32,000 nt of DNA. Origin: Candidatus Electrothrix yaqonensis. GTDB taxonomy: Bacteria; Desulfobacterota; Desulfobulbia; Desulfobulbales; Desulfobulbaceae. The stretch lies in assembly GCA_047651235.1 (NCBI GenBank), contig CP178758.1:3270001-3302000 (forward strand). The letters are read 5' to 3'. Positions within the stretch are counted from its first letter, which is position 1. Every line of letters begins with the position of its first letter. The notes below the pieces were generated by a model. That model saw only the letters and a list, made by a program, of their open reading frames with translations. It made no database searches and was not told the DNA's origin. Positions 1-7,812 of this stretch are shown here, piece by piece. The translations under genes and the position numbers were made by a program.

Positions 1-256
1 CGGCCGTACCCGCCATTCACCATTCCGTACTTTTTCATAATCGCAACAAACTGGATTCAGGCAGAAATCAATAGATCCAGCAATTCTGGACACTGCTGAA
101 GACTCTGTCCCTGTTGGGCCTGTCCGCACGGGCCTTTCACCGTATTGTCAAAATTGCCCGCACTATTGCCGATCTGGCCGGAGCCGAGCGGATCGATGCT
201 GCCCATGTGGCTCTGAGGCGGTGCAGTACCGGCGGCAGCAGTTTGATGCGGGGTGA
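1..256 (+). pseudogene. comM: Decayed 3' remnant of a comM/yifB-type Mg-chelatase-like ATPase gene
   Basis: Phase-0 translation of 75-212 reads IQQFWTLLKTLSLLGLSARAFHRIVKIARTIADLAGAERIDAAHVA, which is the conserved C-terminal helix of ComM/YifB. There is an in-frame TAG at 72-74. The expected ending EAVQYRRQQFDAG-stop is present but in another phase (215-256), implying a 2-nt insertion near 213-214. Confidence 0.55.
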
Positions 257-317
257 TTTCTGCAGTACAAATACCTTGGCCTTGCGTAGCAGCAATGAAA
301 CTCACGTGGAGATACGT

Positions 318-713
318 ATGCCCCTTGACGACTTGGCCTGGCGCTTCAGCGATCTGATTTTCAACGGCTGCTTTCCCTCCACTGTGCATGAGCGGCTTGC
401 AGGTGAGCTGGTCAAGGCACGGCTCATGAAGGCGTCGAACCGGTTTGACGAGGCCCTTGAGATTATCAACAGGACGCTTGACAGACTGCCTGATTATCCC
501 GAGGCATTACTCCTCAAGGCGCAGATACTCTGGGAAGGATATGCCGATTATCCGAGAGCAAAAGCCTGTTTACAGCAAGTCATCCGAATGAAGCGAACGA
601 AGAACGAACAGGATGAAATCATCCGCCGATGGTGTGAAAATCTGCTCAAGGAAATGCGTGCGGAGAAACGGGCGCAGCACAGGAGAGCGGAGGCGGATAA
701 GCGGCGGGGATAG
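318..713 (+). CDS. Hypothetical helical-repeat (TPR-like) protein with a basic Arg/Lys-rich tail; start uncertain (ATG 246 or 318)
   Basis: This is the downstream part of ORF 114..713, after the comM-like text ends. FDEALEIINRTLDRLPDYPEALLLKAQILWEGYADYPRAKACLQQVI looks like TPR-type helix pairs. No clear SD. Confidence 0.4.
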   Translation: MPLDDLAWRFSDLIFNGCFPSTVHERLAGELVKARLMKASNRFDEALEIINRTLDRLPDYPEALLLKAQILWEGYADYPRAKACLQQVIRMKRTKNEQDEIIRRWCENLLKEMRAEKRAQHRRAEADKRRG

Positions 714-790
714 AAAGTGGGTGATGCGGGGTGTTTCCTGATTCACATCCTGCCAGGTGTGCTTCAGTTCGCTCAGAGTAGGAAGCGGGG

Positions 791-823
791 ATAAAAATGT
801 TGGGGAGCACTTCGCTTCCCCAA
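791..823 (-). terminator. Rho-independent terminator downstream of the DUF900 hydrolase gene
   Basis: The arms ttggggagc (800-808) and gcttccccaa (814-823) pair with one bulge and loop acttc. On the minus strand the hairpin is followed by CAUUUUUAU (complement of 791-799). It lies 24 nt past the stop at 847. Confidence 0.5.
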
Positions 824-846
824 CCTACGGTGCTGCTTCACTCATA

Positions 847-1824
847 TCAAACCTCGGTAATGATGCTTGTCCGGCGGAATTCGTCTCCAGGGAACACGCG
901 GCCCGTTACCAAAGTGGAAAAGATATGGTCAAACACCAAACCAGATTTCCCTTGCACTCTGCCAGACCTGAAGTAACTGTGGCCCTTTGGCCAGTCGTAG
1001 GCATTGTTGATGTCGTCGCAGTCAACAGCATAGACGTTTGATGGGGTTAGCTTCATATTATCAGGTCCCGTGTGCCCGAGCCGCCGTGACGCGACTTTAT
1101 TCTTGAGGTTGGCCGCTTTGCTGGCGCGTAGAGCGAGGTCGTCAGATGCGTAATATACAATGACGTTGCGGGAGGCGTGGCAGATCAACTCTCCCTTCTT
1201 CCCGGGCTCAAGCGACTCATTTACTATATCTGCTGCAACCAAGAACGTATTCCTGAATATAAATGGCACCCCGTCTGCCAGATCGTATTTGTTCCACGCT
1301 GCTAAGGTCTCACACAACACGCGGTTTCCCATAGAATGGGCCAGAATATTGATCCTTTTCAGGCAGGGATCTGCTTGGGGGTTGTGTTGGTCAGTGTTTC
1401 TCCACGCTATGAACTTCTGTAGCACCCGCGCGAAGGAATGGTCACTGGCATCCGCCGACTTCTGGTCATCCCAATAGTCCTTAACTACCCCCAAATCATT
1501 GTCACAGGGCCACACCAAGGGGACAACGAGAACCTCACGATCTTTCTTGGCATCGCAGAGTGCTTGAAATTCATTAACGGCTTTGAACACGTCTTCGGGA
1601 AGGTTTGAAAAACCGTGAATGTAAATGAGCACCTGACGATAGGGAGATTGCTTCAAGCGTGACAAGAAGTCAATGCTGCCAATCTCCGTGGAAGCACCAT
1701 CGGACGTGCGTTCGCAAAAGAACACCGACTTGCTTGGTGTATTGTTATTCAAATCAAACTCAAACGTACGTCCAACTCGTGTGCGGATACTCTGCCGCGG
1801 AAAACGATTAGTGATATAAAGCAT
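847..1824 (-). CDS. Alpha/beta-hydrolase, DUF900-like (esterase/lipase superfamily)
   Basis: ORF 847..1884 trimmed to the internal ATG at 1824, which is preceded by AGGAGGAGAGG. Motifs: LIYIHGF (oxyanion HG), nucleophile elbow AHSMGN, later ASDD and GHTG. GC is lower than in the neighbours. Confidence 0.8.
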   Translation of the reverse strand: MLYITNRFPRQSIRTRVGRTFEFDLNNNTPSKSVFFCERTSDGASTEIGSIDFLSRLKQSPYRQVLIYIHGFSNLPEDVFKAVNEFQALCDAKKDREVLVVPLVWPCDNDLGVVKDYWDDQKSADASDHSFARVLQKFIAWRNTDQHNPQADPCLKRINILAHSMGNRVLCETLAAWNKYDLADGVPFIFRNTFLVAADIVNESLEPGKKGELICHASRNVIVYYASDDLALRASKAANLKNKVASRRLGHTGPDNMKLTPSNVYAVDCDDINNAYDWPKGHSYFRSGRVQGKSGLVFDHIFSTLVTGRVFPGDEFRRTSIITEV

Positions 1825-2081
1825 TTCCTCTCCTCCTAATTTGTATTTACCGCGATTCCTATAGACAGAAGTCTCAGGGAACAAATTATACTACAGTTTC
1901 CCCCTGTCGAGCAGAATTGCATGATAACCAGAAAACTGTCAGACTTTCTCAAATGCAGGCTCTTGTTATCTTTGTACAGGATTATCATACCTCGCGTCAA
2001 GAATAAATATTCCTAAAAAGGAAAATATATCTGTAGTCGCGCCGCTGAAAATATCGGAACTCACTTTTCATGCATTTCCCA

Positions 2082-2110
2082 TTGACAAAGCCCCATCACC
2101 TTTCTACCAT
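2082..2110 (+). promoter_or_regulatory. Candidate sigma70-type promoter for the SplB-like gene
   Basis: TTGACA (2082-2087), 17-nt spacer, TACCAT (2105-2110), 60 nt upstream of ATG 2171. A second TTGACA...TACCAT pair at 2117-2143 has a short 15-nt spacer. Confidence 0.35.
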
Positions 2111-2170
2111 ATCTGATTGACAATACTTCAAGAGCTGTACCATACACTTTAACCTTAATCCGAGCGGATT

Positions 2171-3274
2171 ATGTCCTACGGCGATCCGGCAAAATATATT
2201 ACCCGGTTATACGTCACTGAAGAATGCCGGAACAACGACTATGCCCGGGAGATCATCCGGCGCAGCGGTCTGCCGATGACCGTGATCGGCGACCGGGAAC
2301 ATCCGGATATCCCCGGTGTGTACCCGGACAACCTGACGCGCGGCAAGCACAACCTGCTGCTCTGCCGCAACCGGGGCCGGTTCTTCAAGCCCTGTCCCGC
2401 GACCCGCGAATACACCTGCTGCGAATACCAGGTGCTCAACATCGGCATGGGGTGCCCCATGGACTGCGTCTACTGCATCCTGCAGGCCTATCTCAACAAC
2501 CCCTGGATCAGCTTTTTCGTTAATATTGAAGACCTGTTCGCCGAGCTGGATGCAGCCTTTGCCGCTGACCCGCACACCTTCCTCCGCATCGGCACAGGTG
2601 AGTTCACGGACAGTCTAGCCCTGGACAGCCTGACTGGCTTCAGCCCGCTGCTGGTCGAGTATATGCGGGACAAAGGGAATGCTGTATTAGAACTGAAAAC
2701 AAAATCCGTGGTGATTGACAATCTGGAAGGGCTGGATCACGGAGGGCGTACTTTGGTTGCCTGGTCGCTGAACAGCCCGCCGATCATGCAGCAGGAAGAA
2801 ATCCGCACTGCCGGGCTGGAGGAGCGGCTGGCAGCAGCGGTCCGCTGTGTTGACTGGGGCTACCGGCTCGCCTTTCACTTTGATCCGATCATCTGGCATG
2901 AAGGCTGGGAGGAAGGCTACCGCTTCACGATCAGACGGCTGTTCAAGCAGGTACCGGCCGACCGCATCGCCTGGATCAGCCTCGGTGCCCTGCGCTACCT
3001 GCCCGCCCTGAAGGGCATTGCAGGCAGCCGGTTCCCGGAATCCACCTTTTTTTACGAGGAGTTTATTCAGGGGCTGGACGGCAAGGCCCGCTATTTCCGA
3101 ACCCAGCGGGTGAAGATGTATAAGCTCATCGCCGATGAGCTGGCAAAGTACGTGGCCCCGACCACCTGCGTCTATTTCTGTATGGAGAGTCCTGTCATCT
3201 GGCAGGAGGTTTTCGGGTTTACGCCGGAGGAAAAAGGCGGCCTGCGGGCCATGCTGGACCGCAGTGTGCGTTGA
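2171..3274 (+). CDS. Spore-photoproduct-lyase-family radical SAM protein (SplB-like)
   Basis: 367-aa ORF with the radical-SAM cluster motif CPMDCVYC (CxxxCxxC). The overall N- and C-terminal text resembles the SplB-like family found in non-sporulating bacteria. Confidence 0.8.
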   Translation: MSYGDPAKYITRLYVTEECRNNDYAREIIRRSGLPMTVIGDREHPDIPGVYPDNLTRGKHNLLLCRNRGRFFKPCPATREYTCCEYQVLNIGMGCPMDCVYCILQAYLNNPWISFFVNIEDLFAELDAAFAADPHTFLRIGTGEFTDSLALDSLTGFSPLLVEYMRDKGNAVLELKTKSVVIDNLEGLDHGGRTLVAWSLNSPPIMQQEEIRTAGLEERLAAAVRCVDWGYRLAFHFDPIIWHEGWEEGYRFTIRRLFKQVPADRIAWISLGALRYLPALKGIAGSRFPESTFFYEEFIQGLDGKARYFRTQRVKMYKLIADELAKYVAPTTCVYFCMESPVIWQEVFGFTPEEKGGLRAMLDRSVR

Positions 3275-3313
3275 TTTTGAATTTCGGCCCGTGTAGCTTA
3301 AAAGGCTACTAAC

Positions 3314-3883
3314 TTAAAGAACATAATAGCTCTTGTCGCCGACATCAAAATGCAGCGGCATCCGCCATTTGGCGACCACCATCCAGGTGAACAGGAAGGC
3401 TGCCGGAAGAAGAAAATAGGGTTCAATTCCAGGAGCTTTCAGCAGCCTGCTGAAGGCTGTGCCGCAGAGGAGCAGAGGGACCAGATTCAATCCTGTGATC
3501 TTGAAGCAGAACGATTCCTTGACCGCAAACATGGATGCACCGATATAAAAAAAACCTAAGCTGACGGCCTCCAGGACATGCTCGGCAGGAGAACCGGAAC
3601 CCTTCAGGCTGTAGGCAAAGGCCAGCAGCATAAAGCCGATCCAGCTCATCAGGGGAATGAACCATCGGAATCTGGGATCGTAAAGATGCACATCCGCGCT
3701 GGCCAGGGCAATGCCGCAGGCAAAGCAGGACAGATAGAAATCTCCCAGAAGGCGGAAGCCGAGAATACGCTCAATGCTGTAGATCAGGGCGGCCAGAGCT
3801 GCAATGCTCAGGCCGGTTCTGTAGAGGACAACTGTCAGGTTGTCAAGCGGCTTCATTTCAGGCGTATGTTCAGGAGTAGCCAT
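3314..3883 (-). CDS. Polytopic integral membrane protein, family not recognised
   Basis: 189-aa ORF with about 5-6 hydrophobic helices, e.g. LSIAALAALIYSI, FACGIALASA, FIPLMSWIGFMLLAFAY, LVPLLLCGTAF and FLLPAAFLFTWMVVA. No clear SD. Confidence 0.65.
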   Translation of the reverse strand: MATPEHTPEMKPLDNLTVVLYRTGLSIAALAALIYSIERILGFRLLGDFYLSCFACGIALASADVHLYDPRFRWFIPLMSWIGFMLLAFAYSLKGSGSPAEHVLEAVSLGFFYIGASMFAVKESFCFKITGLNLVPLLLCGTAFSRLLKAPGIEPYFLLPAAFLFTWMVVAKWRMPLHFDVGDKSYYVL

Positions 3884-4029
3884 AAGAGAAAAAAGGAAAA
3901 TATTTTTTGGTCAGCGAAAAAAACAGAGAGAAAATCTACCGGCTGACATGAAATCATTCCGGGGCCGGAAAGTCAACAGCTTTTCCGTTTTCAGGACAGG
4001 CAGGAGAGGGCGCCTGTTTCTCGGCCAGC

Positions 4030-5892
4030 TTATTCCAGCTCTGTAAATCCCCAGAACGGATAATCCACTTTATAGGAGCCGATCTGGCCGGGCGTATGCT
4101 CCCGGCTGGCCACCAGCCAAAGGGCGTTCTGCCGCTGTTCCGGCGGATCATCGCTGAACGGATCCCATTGCGGCAGCAGGACCATCGCGTTATCTGCCGA
4201 GTATTCAATATCCCCGGATCCCTTGAACGCGGCCAGCTTGGGCTGTTTGTCGTACTGACCGTCATTGCCGCGCGTCAGCTCGGAGATCACCAGAAACGAG
4301 ACATTGAGTTCGTCCCGCATGGCTTCAAGATGCCGCAGCCAGGCATCAATGCCGGTCCTCCGTTCGGAGAAATCCTTGAACGGCAGTTTATGCAGACTGT
4401 CGATCACTACCATGATGTATTCGGATTTGCTTTCATGGCGCAGGAAGTCAATATGACTACGCATCAGTTTCGGGTCCAGCTTGCGGTTCGTAACCACCCG
4501 GAACCAGGGCAGCAGCCTGTGCAGTTCTGCCTTTGCCGCCTGCCGTCTCTTCTGCTCCTGCTCCGTCAGAGTGCTGCTGTTCAGCTGTTCCGCGCTCAGT
4601 CGGCTGAGGCGGCACAGGGTGCGCTGATAGATCTTCTGGCGGCCGTTCTCAAAATCATAGTAAATCACTGGTACCTTACGACGGGCCATTTCTGTGGCCA
4701 CCTGAATAAAAAAACAGGACTTGCCCGCCTTGGGCAGGCCGCCCATGATATTCACTCCGTGCAGACCGCCCATCGCCTTATCCATGCGGGTAAATCCGGA
4801 CAGCATGGTCCGGTAGCTCTCACCGCCTGCCAAGTTGAGCTGTTCTTCAAAATGGAGAAACTCCCGCTCCGGTGAACTGAACGGGGAAAATGCCTTGGCT
4901 TCCCGGATCAGGGCAAAAAAAGCCTGCTGAAATTTTTTGCCCTGTTCTTCCGCCAGCCGGAGAAGATTGTACTGCCTCGGCGCGGCATCAGGCCAGCGGA
5001 TCATCCGGATCCGGAAACCGATCCTGGTGGCCAGTTCACGGGCCGCAGTGATGGACTCCGGCGTATGATTGACGCAGAGAAAAATGGTATTGAGCCAGGC
5101 CAGCTGCTCTGTTTCCAGATGACTGAATTCAGCTGCGTCGGGCAGGGCAATACCGGGCAGGCCCAGCTGTCTGACGGTGAGAAGGTTATCCTCGCCTTCC
5201 ACGATGATCAGGCTGCCGTTTTCGCAGCGCTGAATATCCTCGACATTGAAGATACGGAACTGAGGACCGGCAAAATTTTCGTCCCCGTGCCAGAAGGTAT
5301 CTTCCGGTTTATCCGGGTGGACACAGCGGGCTGCGTAGCAGTTGCCGTCCGCCTGAACATAGGGATAGACCAGATAGCGGCCGTTATAGCCGATCTTCAT
5401 CTCCCGGAGAACCGCCTTTGAGATTCCGGAGGCGGCAAAACGGCTCATCAGCTCGTCAGTCATCCGCTCCATAAAGTCAAGCACTTCATGATTGATGTTC
5501 CTGACCGGGTAACTGACCTGACTGACTGCGTAGTCCCGGTCCGGATCAAAGCCGGGCACCAGAGTTAAATCGATATGAGCCTGGCGGGCAAAATGAAGCG
5601 GGAAGCCGCCCGGGCTGCAGCGGTGCAGGCAGCGGCAGTAGCCGTGAAAATAGCTGTCCGGATTGAGAAAGACAACCAGTGTCCGGGTGTTCTGCTGCTT
5701 CTGTTGCTGTTGTGTTGCCTGCGGCCTGCCGTTTTGGGCGCAGAACGGACAGGCCGCTGTCAGGACGTTGTTGTTCTGTTGCGCCTCCGGGAGATGCCGG
5801 AGGTAAAATGCAGTGATCGGGTCGGTGCTGTTCATAGGAAGGGGAATTAAATAACTACGGGAATCAAAGCCGTCCTGACGGAACAGCGGCAT
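4030..5892 (-). CDS. Primase-helicase-like protein (Zn-ribbon + Toprim + DnaB/RecA-like P-loop), T7 gp4/Twinkle architecture; true start uncertain (5892 or 5835)
   Basis: CPFC...CRCLHRC zinc-ribbon with a QQQQKQQ insert. Toprim IIVEGEDNLLTV (EGED at 5188-5199). Walker A GLPKAGKS (4717-4740), Walker B-like MVVIDSLHKL, and DnaB-like SFLVISELTRG. The first 19 codons lie inside the IS-derived repeat. Confidence 0.85.
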   Translation of the reverse strand: MPLFRQDGFDSRSYLIPLPMNSTDPITAFYLRHLPEAQQNNNVLTAACPFCAQNGRPQATQQQQKQQNTRTLVVFLNPDSYFHGYCRCLHRCSPGGFPLHFARQAHIDLTLVPGFDPDRDYAVSQVSYPVRNINHEVLDFMERMTDELMSRFAASGISKAVLREMKIGYNGRYLVYPYVQADGNCYAARCVHPDKPEDTFWHGDENFAGPQFRIFNVEDIQRCENGSLIIVEGEDNLLTVRQLGLPGIALPDAAEFSHLETEQLAWLNTIFLCVNHTPESITAARELATRIGFRIRMIRWPDAAPRQYNLLRLAEEQGKKFQQAFFALIREAKAFSPFSSPEREFLHFEEQLNLAGGESYRTMLSGFTRMDKAMGGLHGVNIMGGLPKAGKSCFFIQVATEMARRKVPVIYYDFENGRQKIYQRTLCRLSRLSAEQLNSSTLTEQEQKRRQAAKAELHRLLPWFRVVTNRKLDPKLMRSHIDFLRHESKSEYIMVVIDSLHKLPFKDFSERRTGIDAWLRHLEAMRDELNVSFLVISELTRGNDGQYDKQPKLAAFKGSGDIEYSADNAMVLLPQWDPFSDDPPEQRQNALWLVASREHTPGQIGSYKVDYPFWGFTELE

Positions 5893-5983
5893 AATTCCAC
5901 TTCGGCAGAAACTCGTCGAATTGAATTTTCATATTTCATATTTTCTTTAAAACCGTCAGCCGTTTTGCGGCCTGTCTCGAAGA
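5838..5983 (-). repeat. Left arm of a ~140-bp inverted repeat (IS 3' end, inverted)
   Basis: The reverse complement of 5841-5983 equals 6747-6884 apart from one G/A change and a 7-nt duplication (tatgaaa). I checked this base by base. Confidence 0.9.
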
Positions 5984-6129
5984 GGAATTCAGATTTTCCA
6001 TGTGTCGTCCACCAGTTCCGAATACAGGCGCACCCGAACTCGGAGGTGTCACCGCTTGTCCATAATGTGATATAACCGATATTACTGTATATATCATACA
6101 GTCCATAGGCGAACCCGCCGTGTGATTTT

Positions 6130-6429
6130 TCAGCACCGCGAAAAATGCGTCGTCAAGACACCGACGGCGGTCGAGAGGACGGATTTACGTCCCCCGCCCG
6201 GTTTGCGAATTCGTTCTTCTTTTTCAGGCAGAGGCTGTTTCAGCTCATTCATCCCGCGACGGACCCGGTCAGAATCACACCGCAACACGTCGCATATATA
6301 CGTTATGCCGCCGTATCCGAACTTTCCCGCTTCAACTGCGGCGTATCGACGGCGGTCTTTTTCAGACAGGCTGCCGTAAAAATTACGCATTCGCATTTCT
6401 ATCTCAGGAGAATATGTCTTTATCTTCAT
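6130..6429 (-). pseudogene. N-terminal fragment of an ISAzo13-family DDE transposase
   Basis: The 99-aa ORF contains SEKDRRRYAAVEAGKFGYGGITYI...RVRRGMNELK...RIRKPGGGRKS. This matches the HTH N-terminus pattern of the family (LnErqRR..AA.EA..lG.GGi...i.rG..EL...R.PGGGRK) and then stops. Confidence 0.7.
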
Positions 6430-6496
6430 AACCGGATGAGAATAAACGCAACTATGAAATTGTCAATGACCTGTCAGCAAGTTCCGTTGTTATTAA

Positions 6497-6859
6497 ATTT
6501 TCATTCCTTACTATATTTTCAAAGAAGATTTACAGAAGCTGACGGATGAACTGAATATTGAAATTCGTATCGCGCATTATCCGCCGTACACGTCAAAATA
6601 CAACCCGATAGAACATTGACTTTTTCCTCATATAACGAGATCCTGTGAAGGCGTTGCATTTAAACGTATTGAGATTGTGAACGAACTGATGAGCAAAGCG
6701 AAAATATCCGCAGGGCTGAAAGTTTTTACATCCGTTCTTGACAAAGTCTTCGAGACAGGCCGCAAAACGGCTGACGGTTTTAAAGAAAGTATGAAAATTC
6801 AATTCGACGAGTTTCTGCCGAAGTGGAATTATGCCGCTGTTCCGTCAGGACGGCTTTGA
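6497..6859 (+). pseudogene. C-terminal fragment of an ISAzo13-family DDE transposase with an in-frame stop
   Basis: Translation gives EDLQKLTDELNIEIRIAHYPPYTSKYNPIEH-stop-LFPHI...GLKVFTSVLDKVFETGRKT...DEFLPKWNYAAVP. The family signature is H.PPGTSKWNKIEHRLF...WNY. TGA at 6617-6619 sits where Arg (CGA) is expected. Confidence 0.7.
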
Positions 6860-6885
6860 TTCCCGTAGTTATTTAATTCCCGTTC
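6747..6885 (+). repeat. Right arm of the ~140-bp inverted repeat (IS 3' end)
   Basis: See 5838-5983. The arms are about 760 bp apart. Weaker similarity continues about 10 nt beyond both outer ends. Confidence 0.9.
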
Positions 6886-7209
6886 CTTACGAAAAAATAC
6901 CGTCCTCCGAAAGGCGAGAATACCATTTGTAACCCTTGAAACCTCGATCAAAAACAGCGAACGAACCCTTCGCCAGACTGAGCATTTTCTTCGCCCATGT
7001 GACCGTCTTTTTTTATTGGGACTTTTTTCCGGGCGCAGCCGCAAATCACAGCTTGCCCTGGCCCGTGAATTGGGGGTCACAAATGCCGACACTGCCGGGA
7101 TCGGAGCATAGAGCTGCAGTAGCAGCGGGCTGCCTCATTGAACTGTGGAATCAGACGTCCAACCGGGACAGGCCGCTACCAGCTGCCGATAAAATACCCA
7201 ACCGGTGCT

Positions 7210-7485
7210 TCAGTCGGTCCGTGGCGGAGCAAAAGAAGTCGGGTCGGCATACTGCTGCATGCAATTTGACGGCCGTTCATCCTTCTGCCCGGTTTTCAGC
7301 GAATAGGTCTGCTGTTTGCGCCAGCCCGAAATCGGAGGAAACCAGTACCAGCATTCGCTGCCGACCGGTCCGTCGAGCTGCAGTTCCTCCTGCTCGGCAA
7401 CGAGGCAGGAGCTAACATGACGAAGATAGCTGGCGATCTGGTCTGACAGGTTACCCGGATAAGATTTTTTCTTTTCAGAATTCAT
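7210..7485 (-). CDS. Hypothetical 91-aa protein, no family recognised
   Basis: ATG at 7485 is preceded by GGGAGGT five nt upstream. There is no homology I can recognise. It sits alone in a gene-poor stretch. Confidence 0.45.
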   Translation of the reverse strand: MNSEKKKSYPGNLSDQIASYLRHVSSCLVAEQEELQLDGPVGSECWYWFPPISGWRKQQTYSLKTGQKDERPSNCMQQYADPTSFAPPRTD

Positions 7486-7634
7486 AACATACCTCCCGAT
7501 ATTCAGAAATAGAAGCAGGCAGCCCGGCTGTCTCCCCTATGGAGATCCGCAGCTTTCCGGCACCGCCTCACGACGGCTGTGGCTTTGGCAACTTTCCGGT
7601 TCTGACCAGAAAGTAGTACGATACCCGCTTATTG

Positions 7635-7658
7635 AAAAAAACGCCTGTTGACGGCGTT
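7635..7658 (-). terminator. Small minus-strand hairpin plus U-tract (orphan terminator-like element)
   Basis: aacgcc (7640-7645) pairs with ggcgtt (7653-7658) around a 7-nt loop. The minus strand reads AACGCCgucaacaGGCGUUUUUUUC. No obvious gene lies upstream on that strand. Confidence 0.3.
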
Positions 7659-7784
7659 GCGCTGCTTACGGTTCGTATCTGGTATCTGTTTGATCCCTTT
7701 TCTCCTCGTCGTTTCAGGGGTTCATCAGGTTGTAAAACATCCGGGTATTTTTTTTATACCACATAATTTACAGAAAGTACAGGG

Positions 7785-7812
7785 TGTACAATTTTTTGTC
7801 TTTTTTTATACT
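7785..7812 (+). promoter_or_regulatory. Candidate sigma70-type promoter for the NifU-like/GGGtGRT pair
   Basis: TGTACA (7785-7790), 16-nt T-rich spacer, TATACT (7807-7812), in an AT-rich tract about 135 nt upstream of ATG 7948. The -35 overlaps the inverted repeat GTACAgggTGTAC. Confidence 0.25.

Larger units (their letters stand above)
5838..6505 (-). mobile_element. Internally deleted ISAzo13-family IS copy (non-autonomous remnant)
   Basis: Three transposase patches lie on the minus strand: N-terminus (6429-6130), a central patch GDTSEFGCACIRNWW (about 6060-5990), and the last ~35 codons plus the end (5983-5838). The putative left terminal repeat gttccgttgttattaaatt (6481-6499) resembles the right-end sequence attcccgtagttatttaatt. 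Confidence 0.6.

Noticed and set aside
57-389. 110-aa minus-strand ORF
   Set aside because: It is antisense to the comM-like remnant, has no SD and has low-complexity Gly/Ala/Gln text. This is a typical shadow ORF in GC-rich DNA.
1264-1278. Sigma54-like TGGCAC-N5-CTGC string
   Set aside because: It lies inside the DUF900 CDS on the antisense strand. The -12 element is imperfect and no downstream gene is served.
4096-4875. 259-aa plus-strand ORF inside the primase-helicase gene
   Set aside because: It lies entirely antisense to a frame with clear Walker and DnaB-like motifs. It is Arg/Leu/Gln-rich with no recognisable domain.
7016-7111. Short plus-strand reading ...KSQLALARELGVTNADTAGIGA-stop resembling an Xre-type HTH helix
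   Set aside because: Only about 20 residues of resemblance, with no start codon or upstream domain. This is too short to call even as a pseudogene fragment.
6936-7415. 159-aa plus-strand ORF in the gene-poor region
   Set aside because: It is Arg/Ala/Ser-rich with no SD. It overlaps the opposite-strand 91-aa ORF, which has a strong SD. I judged it non-coding.
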